From the NCBI GenBank assembly GCA_963697115.1, contig CAVOMT010000003.1, forward strand, positions 24,833 to 88,832: 64,000 bases of DNA. Reading direction: 5' to 3'. This DNA is from an uncultured Solirubrobacterales bacterium (GTDB lineage: Bacteria; Actinomycetota; Thermoleophilia; Solirubrobacterales; Solirubrobacteraceae). This document shows positions 1-10,108 of the stretch, one piece after another; positions within the stretch are counted from its first letter, which is position 1; every line of letters starts with the position of its first letter. Both the position numbers and the translations under genes were made by a program. Under the pieces are notes generated by a model, which worked only from the letters and a program-made list of their open reading frames with translations, was not told where the DNA came from and did not search any database.

Positions 1-351
1 GAAGCCCGCGTGGCTGGTAGCCGCGAACAGGCTCGGGCGGTCGGCCGCGATCAGCACGAACAGCAGGCTGCACGCCACCAGCACCACCAGCGCCCCCACC
101 GCCACCCGCGCGCGCGTACGTGCACGCAACGCCGCCTGCTCGGGCGCGCTCTCCGCCTGCGTACCTGTACCCGCCCCGCGCGGCTCTGCGAGCGAACCGT
201 CGCGTAGGCGGAGTGTTGTCGCGTCGCTGCCCATGCTCTAGCGGTCTACCGGTGGTGGGATCCACGCATAGCGATCACGCCGCGCGCGAGGCCCTCATGC
301 CCTCGTGGCCCCTCATCTTAGGGCCCCGCACAAGCCGCGAGGCCCCCACAA

Positions 352-381
352 AAAAGAGAGCCCGCCGAAGCGGGCTCTCTT
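352..381. terminator. Rho-independent terminator downstream of csp
   Basis: AAGAGAGCCCGC-CGAA-GCGGGCTCTCTT perfect stem; the A-run on + is a U-tail on the - strand. Confidence 0.8.
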
Positions 382-429
382 GAAGATCGATCCCGGGTCC
401 GCTGCGAGCGGACCCGGCGAGAAGCAAGC

Positions 430-633
430 TCAGATCGACTGGACGTTGACGGCCTTGGGGCCCTTGTCGCCCTGCTCGGCGTCGTAGGAGACCTTCGCCC
501 CCTCCTGCAGCGAGCGGTAACCCTCGCCGTTGATGCCGGTGTGATGGACGAACAGGTCCTTCTCGCCGTCGTCGGGGGTGATGAAGCCGAACCCCTTGTC
601 GTCGCTGAACCACTTTACTGTGCCGGTAGGCAT
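430..633 (-). CDS. cspA: Cold-shock protein
   Basis: 67 aa, GTVKWF-KGFGFI-DLFVH RNP motifs, GGAGGAG RBS. Confidence 0.97.
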   Translation of the reverse strand: MPTGTVKWFSDDKGFGFITPDDGEKDLFVHHTGINGEGYRSLQEGAKVSYDAEQGDKGPKAVNVQSI

Positions 634-797
634 GTGGGTACTCCTCCACGGTATGTGCGTGCTGCCGCGCGGAGGATGCTGCTAGAGCCTCGACCTGCGA
701 GCTTGCACTACTTTCGCCGGTCTTCTGTGCCGGCCAGACGCCCCGACCGTAGCAGGTCGTCCCATCTGCGTGTTTAGAACTTGCTATTCATGCAAGC

Positions 798-1610
798 GTG
801 CCAAGCACGCCGATCGAGCTCACCCGACTGCTGCCCCCCGGCGATCCGGCCGCCGTTCAGCAGATCGTCGCCGAGATGGGGCTGCACGAGCGTGGAGCGG
901 GCGTGCCCGGTCCGGACGGACGTACGAGGCCCTACGTGGTGCTCAACATGGTCGCCACGCTCGACGGCCGCGCCACGCTCGAGGGGCGCTCCGGACCGCT
1001 CTCCGACGACGCCGACCGCGCGCTCTTCCACGGGCTGCGCTCGCTCGTCGACGCCGTGATGGCCGGCGCCGGGACCGTGCGCGCCGAGCACTACGGCCCG
1101 ATCGTGCGCGACCCCGACACCCGCCGCGCGCGTCTGCAGCGCGGCCTACCCGAGCAGCCCCTCGCGTGCGTCGTCTCCGCGGGACTCGGCTTCCCACCCG
1201 ACCTGCCACTGCTCGCCGACCCCGACTCCGAGGTCGTGTTCCTCACACCCTCACAGGCGAGCCTCCCCGAGAGCGCCGCCCGCGTGCAGTACATCCGCAC
1301 ACACACCCGCGACGGCTCGCTCGACCTTCCAGGCGCGCTCTGCGAGCTGCACGATCGCCTGCACGTGCGCACCCTCCTGTGCGAGGGAGGACCGCACCTG
1401 AACGGCGAACTGCTCGCCGCGGGGCTCGCGGACGAGCTGTTTCTATCCGTCGCCCCGCTGCTCGCCGGCGAAGACCCCGCGGACGAGCGCCCGCCGCTGC
1501 GCATCCTCGCCGGCAGCGACCTCGACCCCCCGCTCGAGCTCGAGCTGATCTCGGCCCTCGAGCACGACTCACACCTGTTCCTGCGCTACCGCGTGCGCGG
1601 CGGCGGCTGA
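798..1610 (+). CDS. RibD C-terminal / pyrimidine reductase family protein
   Basis: RPYVVLNMVATLDG, DAVMAGAGTVRAE and LLCEGGPHL motifs. Confidence 0.9.
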   Translation: MPSTPIELTRLLPPGDPAAVQQIVAEMGLHERGAGVPGPDGRTRPYVVLNMVATLDGRATLEGRSGPLSDDADRALFHGLRSLVDAVMAGAGTVRAEHYGPIVRDPDTRRARLQRGLPEQPLACVVSAGLGFPPDLPLLADPDSEVVFLTPSQASLPESAARVQYIRTHTRDGSLDLPGALCELHDRLHVRTLLCEGGPHLNGELLAAGLADELFLSVAPLLAGEDPADERPPLRILAGSDLDPPLELELISALEHDSHLFLRYRVRGGG

Positions 1611-2296
1611 GCGCTCACGGCGACGTTCAGCACGACGCTGTTCGGCACCATCACCGTGTCCTCGCCCGTCACGAACGTCGTGTACAACAGGCCTTGCGAG
1701 CTCACCGTCCCCTCGATCTGACCGGCCAGCGGCCCGCCCTGCAGGCGCACGCGGTCGCCGACCCTGAAGGGTCGCGCGCTCAGCAGCACCACCCCCGCGA
1801 ACAGGTTCCCGAGCGTCTGCTGCGCCGCCAATCCGAGGATCACCGCCGTGAACGCCCCGCCCACGAGCAACGTGCGCGCTTCCACCCCCGCCACGCTCAG
1901 CGCCACCAGCACCGTGATCGCCAGCATCGCCAGCCGAATCAAGAACCCCACCGGACCCGCCGCCGCCGGATCCACTCGCCGTAGCAGCGCCGGCCCAAGC
2001 GCACGGCCGAAGTTGCGCGTAATCGCCCACCCCAGCACCAGCAGCAGCACCACCGTCACGATCCGCACCGCCGCGTTCGCCCCCGGCGAGCTCCCGTGCG
2101 CTTCCACGCCGAACAAGCTCGCGCGGTTGTCATACGCGACGACCACCGCCACGAACAGCACCCCAAGGATCACCGCCTCCCAACCCGCGCGCCGCGCCGC
2201 CCGCGGGCTCACCTGGTCGAGCAGCCCAACCTCACTCCACGCCTGGCTACGCGTCTCGAACATCTTCTGCGGTGTTTTCGGAACCGGAGGCGTCAT
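1586..2296 (-). CDS. MscS family mechanosensitive channel
   Basis: TM helices followed by GLAAQQTLGNLFAG and RPFRVGDRV, VPNS. Confidence 0.9.
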   Translation of the reverse strand: MTPPVPKTPQKMFETRSQAWSEVGLLDQVSPRAARRAGWEAVILGVLFVAVVVAYDNRASLFGVEAHGSSPGANAAVRIVTVVLLLVLGWAITRNFGRALGPALLRRVDPAAAGPVGFLIRLAMLAITVLVALSVAGVEARTLLVGGAFTAVILGLAAQQTLGNLFAGVVLLSARPFRVGDRVRLQGGPLAGQIEGTVSSQGLLYTTFVTGEDTVMVPNSVVLNVAVSAQPPPRTR

Positions 2297-2368
2297 CTCA
2301 GCTGTCCATCATGGCTACCCACATCAAGACCGCGCCGCACGCCCGATCGGACGACCGCACCGCCACCG

Positions 2369-3274
2369 TCAGGCGGTCGTATATATGACCATGAACGCCC
2401 CGAACACCAAGCAGTAGATCGCAAACGGGATCAGCGTCCTGGTCTTGAAATATTTCACCAGGAACGACACCGTGAACACCGCCGTCACCGCCGCCGCCGC
2501 GCACGCCACAAGCGCCTGACCGCGCACCCCATCCCCGAGATGACCCAGCAGGTCCGGGAGCTTGAACAGGCCCGCCGCCAAGATAATCGGCGTCGCCAAA
2601 AGGAACGCAAACCGCGCCGAATCGCTGTGATCCAAACCGCGCGCGAGCCCCGCGCCCATCGTCACACCCTCGCGACTGATCCCCGCGATCAGCGCCGTGG
2701 ACTGCGCCACGCCCACGACGAACGCCTCGCGGTACTCCAGCGTGTCGAGCTCGCGCCCTCCGTCCGCCTTCATACCCTCCGCGGCGGCCAGTTCGCGCAC
2801 CTGCGCACGGCGGCGAAACCACTCCGCCGCGAACAGCACCAGCCCGTTGACCATCAAGAAGATCGCCGCCACCTCCGGCTTCGCCGTCACCCTGCGCAGC
2901 TCGCGCTCGAACACCAGCCCCAGCACCCCCGCCGGGATGCTCGCCACGATGATCAACCAAGCCAGCCGCTCGGTGCTCGTCTGCGCACGGCGCGTCGAGA
3001 GCGTGCGGAAGAACGCCCGCACGATCTCCACCCAATCGCGGCGGAAGTAGAACAGCAGCCCGAGCGCGCTGCCCACGTGCAGCATCACCACCAGCGCCAG
3101 CCAGTAAGACTCCGACTGCGACTGCGCGTCCACCAGCCCGTTCCAGCCGAAAAGCGTCGGGAACAGCACCGTGTGGCCAAGGCTCGAGATCGGGAACAGC
3201 TCCGTCGCGCCCTGCAGGATCCCCAGGACGATCGCCTGGAAGTAGGTGATCGGCGAGGTGGCGATTGTCAGCAT
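2369..3274 (-). CDS. uppP: Undecaprenyl-diphosphate phosphatase (BacA)
   Basis: QGATELFPISSLGH and AGISREG motifs; start placed at MLTIATSP. Confidence 0.93.
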   Translation of the reverse strand: MLTIATSPITYFQAIVLGILQGATELFPISSLGHTVLFPTLFGWNGLVDAQSQSESYWLALVVMLHVGSALGLLFYFRRDWVEIVRAFFRTLSTRRAQTSTERLAWLIIVASIPAGVLGLVFERELRRVTAKPEVAAIFLMVNGLVLFAAEWFRRRAQVRELAAAEGMKADGGRELDTLEYREAFVVGVAQSTALIAGISREGVTMGAGLARGLDHSDSARFAFLLATPIILAAGLFKLPDLLGHLGDGVRGQALVACAAAAVTAVFTVSFLVKYFKTRTLIPFAIYCLVFGAFMVIYTTA

Positions 3275-3619
3275 CGGCGCGACAGCATACGGGTTCGTGG
3301 AAGAACAGGTTGGGGTTCGAGGGGTCCGGGCCGTGAGTGCCAGACGACGCACGCGAGCGCAGACGTGCTGGTGGCACGGCGAGCATCGTGGGTGGCGGCT
3401 GGCGCCACGGAACGGGCGTCTCGGGCACCAAGATGTTTCTTCTACGGACCCCATGGACACGGCAGGACACCGACCCGCGGTAGCGCGCCTAGATGAGCGG
3501 ATTCTCATCGCCCGTTCGCAAACGCCCACAGCGCGTAGCCGGCAAGGGAGAGCGGCGCCGGCAGGGTCCATTCGTGGGACTGGCTCACGGCTCTCCCACC
3601 CCTACCCGCGCCCTATGGC

Positions 3620-3658
3620 GTTCACACACCCTTCACAAGATCATTCCCGGCTGGTCAC
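3620..3658 (+). promoter_or_regulatory. PHO-box-like 11-nt direct repeats
   Basis: GTTCAC 3620, CTTCAC 3631, GGTCAC 3653 (11/22-nt phasing), between divergent uppP and the PHP-GT gene. Confidence 0.7.
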
Positions 3659-3718
3659 AAAAGCGCCCCTGTGCAGGGCAAACATATATGCGTACGGATA
3701 GCAAACAGAGGAGCAACG

Positions 3719-6176
3719 ATGACCCTCACCGATAGCATCGACGACGCTACCGAGCGCGTCAGCAGGGTGGACATGCACTGCCACTCCACCGCCTCGCAGA
3801 TATCGAAGCTCGGCGTGCAGCGCGCCGCAGGACTGCCCGAGTGCGCCACCCCGCCCGAGGAGGTCTACGCCCTGGCCAAGCGCCGCGGCATGGACTTCGT
3901 CACGATCACCGACCACGACACCATCGACGGCGCCATGCAGATCGCCGACCGTCCCGACGTGTTCGTATCCGAGGAGCTCACCGCGAGCTTCCGCGGCGAG
4001 CCCTCCATGCAGGTGCACGTCCTCTGCTACGACATCACCCCCGCCGACCACGAGTGGCTGCAGGGCAAACGCGCGGCGACGTCGAGCTGTGCGCCGCCTA
4101 CATGTACGAGCGCGAGATCGCCTGCGCGCTCGCCCACCCCTACTACACCGTCGGCGCCACGCCACTCACCGCCCGGCACCGCCGGCGCCTGGCCGAGCTG
4201 TTCGGCGTCTGGGAGGTCCGCAACGGCGCCCGCGCGCCCGAGCTCAACCGCCCCGCCGCCACCTACATCGCCACCCGCGACTCCATCGGCATCGGCGGCT
4301 CCGACGACCACGCCGGCATCGACATCGGGCGCACCTACACCCAGGCCCCCGCCGCCACCACCCCACAGGAGTTCCTTGCGCACATGCGCGCAGGGCGCGT
4401 GCGCGCCCGCGGCGCGCAGGGCAGCGCCGCCAAGTGGGCTCACGCCGCGATCGTCCTCGCCGCGCGCTCGCTCGAGCGCACGAACGCGCCGCCGACGCCC
4501 GGGCGCCGGAACCGCGCCGCCCGCCCGCCCCGACCCGCAGCGCGTGATGACGATGGTCCGCCGCCTGCTGCGCGAGGGCGACGCCCGCCAGGGCGCCACC
4601 GGCTCGGGCGGCGCGGTATCTCCCGAGGACGCCCGCTGCCTGCTGCGTGCATGGCTGGCGGCGGTCGAGCTCGACCACCTCGATACGCGCGGGCTGATCG
4701 CGCACATGCAGGACGAGGACTTCAGCCACGCCGACCTCTACCGGCGCGCCTGCCGGCTGCACGAGCGCAAGCTGCGCGAGGCCGTCGAGCTGGCCGTGCG
4801 CGCCGCGAGCGACCCCGCCGAGGCGTCCGTCGCGGCGCCGCGCAGGGCGTGTTCGAGGGCTGCATCGCCGCGATCCCCTACGCCCCCGCCACCGCCTTCC
4901 TGGCCAACGAGCAGTCAAAGCTCGCGCGCCTGCCCTTCGGCGGCGAGCGCGAGACCCCGCGCGTAGCGATCCTCGCCGACGGCATCGGCTCCACGCACGG
5001 CGTAACCCGCACGATCGAAGAGATCCGCCCGCGCGGCGTCCCTGGCTATGAGATCGAGGTCGTCGCCACGGACCCCGAGGTCGACCGGCGTCTCTCCGCC
5101 GTCGCCGAGATCGACGTGCCCTACTACCCCGGGCTGCGCATCGGCGTGCCCAGCCTACCCGCCGCCGTGCAGACGCTCGCCGACGGCGCCTTCGACGCGA
5201 TCCACGTCTGCTCCCCCGGGCCCGCCGGCGTGGCCGGCGCGCTGCTCGCGCGCGCCCTCGGCCTGCCGCTGATCGGCAGCTACCACACCGAGCTCACCGC
5301 CTACGCCGACCTGCGCTCCGGCCGCCGCGAGCTCGCCGGGGCGATGGCGATGGCCGTCAGCGCCTTCTACCGCGCCTGCGACATCGTCCTCTCCCCCAGC
5401 GCCGCCTCCGACGCCGCGCTCGCCGCAGATCGGCATGCCCTCCGAGCGGATCATGCGCTGGGACCGCGGCGTGGACACCGCGCGCTTTGATCCCGCCCTG
5501 CGGCCCGGCCGCGCCGCGACGAGGCGCCGAGCCGGATCAAGTCATGTACTCCGGGCGCATCACCCGCGAGAAGGGCGCCGAGCTGCTCGCCGACGCGTTT
5601 CTGCGCGCGCGCGCGAGCGAGCCCCGCCTGCACCTCGTGCTCGCCGGCGGCGGCCCCGAGCAGGAGCGGCTGCGCGAGCGCGTCGGCGCCGAGCACGCCA
5701 CCTTCCTCGGCTGGCTCGCCGGCGATGAGCTCGCGCGCGCCTACGCCGACGCCGACATCTTCCTCTTCCCCTCCGCCACCGACACCTTCGGGCAGGTCAT
5801 CCTCGAGGCTCAGGCCTCCGGGCTGCCGGTGATCGCCGTCGCCGAGGGCGGGCCGCTGTCGCTGATCGAGCACCGCGTCAGCGGGCTGCTGTGCGAAGCC
5901 GACGCCGACGCGCTGGCCGGCGCCGTGCTCGAGCTCTGCAGCTCGCCGCTCCTGCGCGAGCGGCTGGCGCTCGCCGGGCTGGCCTCCGCGCGCGGGCGGA
6001 CGTGGGAGCGGGCGCTCGCAGCGGCTTGGCGAGGGCTATGCGCGGGTGCTCGACGGCGAGCTCCTCGATGGCGTTGGGCGAGAGGACACGCCGGGCGCGC
6101 CGAGCGCGTCCTCCGAACGTGTCGCCTACGCCGCGTAGACGCGGGCATCGCCCACGTTCACGTTCATCACACATAG
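3719..6176 (+). CDS. PHP-domain phosphoesterase fused to a GT4 glycosyltransferase (several frameshifts; end approximate)
   Basis: DMHCHS, TITDHDT, AHP, EVRNG and GGSDDH PHP motifs; GT4 motifs YHTE, GRITREKG and TDTFGQVILEA across ORFs 3671/3841/5487. Confidence 0.85.
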
Positions 6177-6364
6177 GCGCGCCCGCCCTCCGGCTAACTC
6201 AGCCTCACCCGTCGCGGTTTCACGCACACCATCCACACGGATGACTCAATACGTACAGTACGTTTATATCGTTTCTAACTATGCCCCGCCTACAAGCATC
6301 TAGAACGGGTCTGCTGTACGCTGGACGAGTCCGCGACACACTCCACAGGCCGGAGCTCGGGCGC

Positions 6365-6476
6365 AAAAAAGGGGGGTCGGGTCGGTTCGTCCTGCAAGGC
6401 CTGTATCCACCGAGACGGACATCGAGCGGTCGTCCACCAAGGGAGCCCTGTAGTCAAGCCGACCGACCCCCCTTTG
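6365..6476 (-). ncRNA. Candidate structured small RNA (long rod hairpin ending in a U-run)
   Basis: Arms 6368-6385 and 6459-6475 are inverted repeats; internal helices pair with G-U wobbles on the - strand; TTTTTT follows on the - strand. Confidence 0.45.
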
Positions 6477-6592
6477 TCAGGCTATCAGTCGTCGAGACGC
6501 GCCGACGCATCCGTGAGGGATCCATACAAACGGGATTTGCTGCGCGTCGAACGCGTGCCTGCCTGGGTTACCCACCGCAAAAACAGGATATG

Positions 6593-6623
6593 AGGGAGGG
6601 CCACTCGTCGAGCGGCCCTCCCT
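6593..6623 (-). terminator. Terminator hairpin after the PstS-like gene
   Basis: AGGGAGGGCC...GGCCCTCCCT stem about 30 nt after the stop at 6652. Confidence 0.65.
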
Positions 6624-6651
6624 ATAACTCCTACCCGTTCTTGAACCTAAA

Positions 6652-8273
6652 CTACGATTCGCCCTTCAACGGCACCGACAGGGATTTCCCTACGCCTGCG
6701 TGACCATCCCATAAGGCCGGTATCGAAAGGGTACCTTGAGATACGCCCATGACGGTCGGTTTGAATGTGACTTCGATTTTGCAGTGAGCACCTGTTGTCA
6801 ATAACGTCGTGCATCCGTTGGTACCGAGCCCAAATTGCCCACCCGCGGGAGCAAGCGTGGGAGTATCGAATATCACGTTGGTGAGCGCTGCGACTAACAC
6901 GCTGGCCGTGCCCGTGTTTCCTAAGGCAATCTCCCCAAAATTAACATCTGCCGCCCTCACGAGCGGCCCTAAGTTGACGAGCGCAGCCTCTTCAACCGCG
7001 TATTTGCCGACCGCTTCTTCTATTTCCCGATAGTCGTGATTGGCGAAGTCGGTCTGCCCGCCAAGAGGATCGACGACGTAACTGAGATAGTCATGAGCCG
7101 TCTGTCCTTCCGTTTCGGTGAGGTCGGCTTCCGTGTACATGGCCAACCCGATATCCCACGTCAGCGTGCATATCGGATAGTTTTCGTTGCCGTTGTTAGG
7201 GTGACCGCCGTACACTTCCGACCAGTCATCGTCCGGGCCGACCGTGGTCGGCTTGTTGGTATAGTTGGTTCCTTTGCAGTTGGCTTCCGAGGTGCCCACC
7301 GCCGGTTCGCCGGCGGTCGTCCCGGGGAACTTGAATTTACCAATCGCTTCATTTTTGACAGCCAGCCACCGCACACCGCCGGCAAAACCTTTGCGAGCGT
7401 CGCTCAGGTTGGCGTAACCTATGCTACCTGAGATTTTTTCAACTTCTTCGACCTCTCCTCCACCCCCATTGTTTGTGGACCGTTTCCAGTCGGAAGCTTC
7501 ATTTGGCCATTCACGATTTGGTTCTGTCTCGGGCTGCAGATCTTTCCATGTGCGACCGCCAGATCCAGGTAGTATACCGTTGTAGATTTCAAACAAGTAA
7601 TGCTTGAACTGGTATGTCGTGCCTGAGCCATCCTTGCGCACGATACGGGTGATTAATGTATTGCATTCCGTGCCTTCATGTGTGGAAATTTCACTCCATA
7701 AGGTAATTTTGTTTAACCAGATTGCCTGAAGGTCACTGTTTTCAATATGATTTTCTTTTAGTTTACAGTTCGTGGGATAGTGCACGATCATCGCAATTGC
7801 GGCTTGCGCCACGGGTACCACAAGCGCCTGTCCAGATGCCGCTAACGCTGCTAAGTCGATTTCGTGCAGCTGTTTAGCGTTCGGAGCGTCATCAGTGCCG
7901 ATGAACTGATCTATTTTTTCTTTGGGGGATTTAGTGCTGTTAACACCCACGCTTCCAGGCCGACCGCGCTCCCCGAAGGGGTATACGTTACGGTCGGCGT
8001 GGCGCCGCTGCCCTGCGTGCCGCTACAGGCGCTTTCCGCGATGGATAACGAGAAACTTTTGCCTGCAAGCGTGCTTTCGTGATCCCATAACTGCTGTGCG
8101 ATCTTCTGCAGCGACGAACCTTCGCCGTGGATGTTCGCGCCCGAACACTGTTCGGCGGCCACGGCCGTGCCCGCGCCCAGCGCGGCACTCAACAAGAACG
8201 CCGCCGCGACGCAGGCGCCAATCAGAGCTGCCGTGCATAACTTCAATGCTGACATGCTTAAGGTGATCCTCAT
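6652..8273 (-). CDS. Secreted PstS-like (PBP) protein with C-terminal Ig-like domain (frameshift near 7945)
   Basis: Signal peptide; GEGSSLQ, FIGTDDAP, RKDGSGTT, GSIGY, YPI motifs; C-terminal NFG...C...C..VTFKP (choice-of-anchor D/ASH-like); AAGGAG RBS. Confidence 0.85.
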
Positions 8274-8375
8274 CCGAGTCTCCTTGGTCGTAGACGAGCC
8301 GGGGCTCGTCCGGTCATGAGCCCATGGGCCCCTTGCGCGTCCTACCCCCAACAGGCGGTACGCGCGAAACATGGT

Positions 8376-8432
8376 TTGTGACCAAGTCCACGTAAATGTT
8401 ACCAAGATGTTTACGTATGTTTACGTAAACAA
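8376..8432. promoter_or_regulatory. Cluster of GTTAC/GTTTAC repeats, probable PHO-type operator
   Basis: GTTTAC at 8409 and 8419, palindrome GTTTACGTAAAC 8419-8430, AT-rich, upstream of the PstS-like gene. Confidence 0.5.
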
Positions 8433-8575
8433 TCGTTCCTCCGCCGACTCCCCTCTCCATCTGAGCTTGTGGCTTGAAAGCTCACCGAGACGCCGTCTTC
8501 AGGCAGAAATGGCCCCGCGGATCTCCTCGATCCACGGGGCCACATGTCGCGTCGAACCCCGTGCAGGGCAGCCAG

Positions 8576-9976
8576 TTAGGGCTGGGTGTGTCTCACTCCT
8601 GCGGCGATGTCGGATTTGACGGACGCCTCGCCCGCTTCTTTGGAGCCTGGAACCTTGTTCCAGCCGACCCGGCTCTGGCCTTCCTGAGCGTCGGCGAGAA
8701 TCGCGGCCGGCAGCGGCGAGTAGTCACGCACCTTCGCTGCTTCCTGACCGTCCGAGCCGAGGACGTAGGCCAGGAAGTCCTTGACCGTACGCTGCATCGA
8801 CTGACCTTCTTCGGTGTTCCCGAAGACCACCGACGGGTCGTCCCACGCGAGCTCGTAAACAAGCGTGCAGATCGGCCAACCCGTCCTGCTGCCCGCGGCG
8901 GAGACCGCGCGCCAGATCGGTGTCACCGTTGTGTCATAGCCACTCGGAACGTAGTTGAACGTCGGGTTGTCGCAGTTGGCGCCCTTGACGTTGTCTTCGC
9001 CCGAATTCGGGTCGCGAGTCGGCTCCACTCGCTGGCCGGCGCCGTTTTCGACCGAGAGCCAGAAGCCCACGGATTTGCTGTGTTTGATGTTTTTCGGCGA
9101 GAAGAAGCCGAGGCCTTCGGCGCGTGCGAAAGACAGGCTCGAGAAGCCGATCGAGCCACTCGCTTCGGCGACCACGGCCGCCTCTTCCGAATCCCCGCCT
9201 TCGATGCGGCGGGTTGCGGTGGCGCCTTCGTCATTCGGCCATGTGGTGTTCGGTTTGGAGCTCGACTCGGGCCAGCCCCTGGACGGGTCGACCTTCGCAA
9301 GCCACTGCTTGAACGCGTATGTGGTGCCGTCGGACACGCCCGGGACCACACGCACGATCGGAATGGCCGCGCAGGAGGCTTCAATGTCGGGCAGCAGTCC
9401 TCCCCACGTCGAGATTTCGCCCGCGTAGACCTTCTCGAGCTCGGCATTGGACACCGTGAAGCGGCCATCGGCTGTCGCCTCTCCCGCCGGGATTGCGCAG
9501 CCTTCGGGGAAGTGCACGATCGGCACCACAGCGGCGCTCGCGACCGGGATCTGGCGAATCAGGCCCGAATCTTCGCCCGGTTTGTCGCCCAGGTCGATGT
9601 TCAGCCACTGGGCCAGCGTGGGCGGCTCTTCGGTGCCGGCGAAGCGATAGCTCGGATTGCGCACGCCGCTGCTCGCGCCGAGCGCTTCGAGGGAGACAAG
9701 GCTCGTCGTCACCGGGCCGTATTTGATGCTCGGGCCGCGTCCAGCACACGACAGGGGGAAGGTGACGCCTTCTTCCTCGAACTCGGATGCCCAATTGAAC
9801 GCGAGGTTCTGTTGCAGCCCGGTCGGGACACCCGACGCGGTACCACCCGAACATTGCGTTGTGAACGGCGGCGTGAAGTCGGCCTGTGCGACCGATGACG
9901 CCATGAGGGTGAGCGAAGCCGTGCCGAGAAGCACAGCAACCGCCCACCCCAACGATCCAGCAAACAGTCGTCTCAT
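8576..9976 (-). CDS. Divergent secreted PstS-like protein with a degenerate phosphate site
   Basis: IRQIPVA, GSIGF, WPICTLVY and TVKDFL are collinear with the neighbouring PstS-like proteins; R-x-D-x-SGT replaced by VPGVSDGT. Confidence 0.8.
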   Translation of the reverse strand: MRRLFAGSLGWAVAVLLGTASLTLMASSVAQADFTPPFTTQCSGGTASGVPTGLQQNLAFNWASEFEEEGVTFPLSCAGRGPSIKYGPVTTSLVSLEALGASSGVRNPSYRFAGTEEPPTLAQWLNIDLGDKPGEDSGLIRQIPVASAAVVPIVHFPEGCAIPAGEATADGRFTVSNAELEKVYAGEISTWGGLLPDIEASCAAIPIVRVVPGVSDGTTYAFKQWLAKVDPSRGWPESSSKPNTTWPNDEGATATRRIEGGDSEEAAVVAEASGSIGFSSLSFARAEGLGFFSPKNIKHSKSVGFWLSVENGAGQRVEPTRDPNSGEDNVKGANCDNPTFNYVPSGYDTTVTPIWRAVSAAGSRTGWPICTLVYELAWDDPSVVFGNTEEGQSMQRTVKDFLAYVLGSDGQEAAKVRDYSPLPAAILADAQEGQSRVGWNKVPGSKEAGEASVKSDIAAGVRHTQP

Positions 9977-10108
9977 CGGATTGCCTGTCCTTTTCCGCAG
10001 CGTATGACCGGTGTTGAGTCCGGTCATACGCTGCTCGATTGATAGTCGAGGCGATCCTAAGCGCTGTTGTTTAGTTCATTGTCACTAAACTGAGAAACGT
10101 TTAGTCAA

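Noticed and set aside
10-207. Short ORFs at the left edge
   Set aside because: Probably the opposite strand of a truncated - strand membrane gene; too little sequence to call
6365-6476. SRP, 6C, 6S RNA or a known riboswitch
   Set aside because: Lacks the SRP GGAA-loop consensus and the C-rich loops of 6C, and is short for 6S; left as an unclassified candidate
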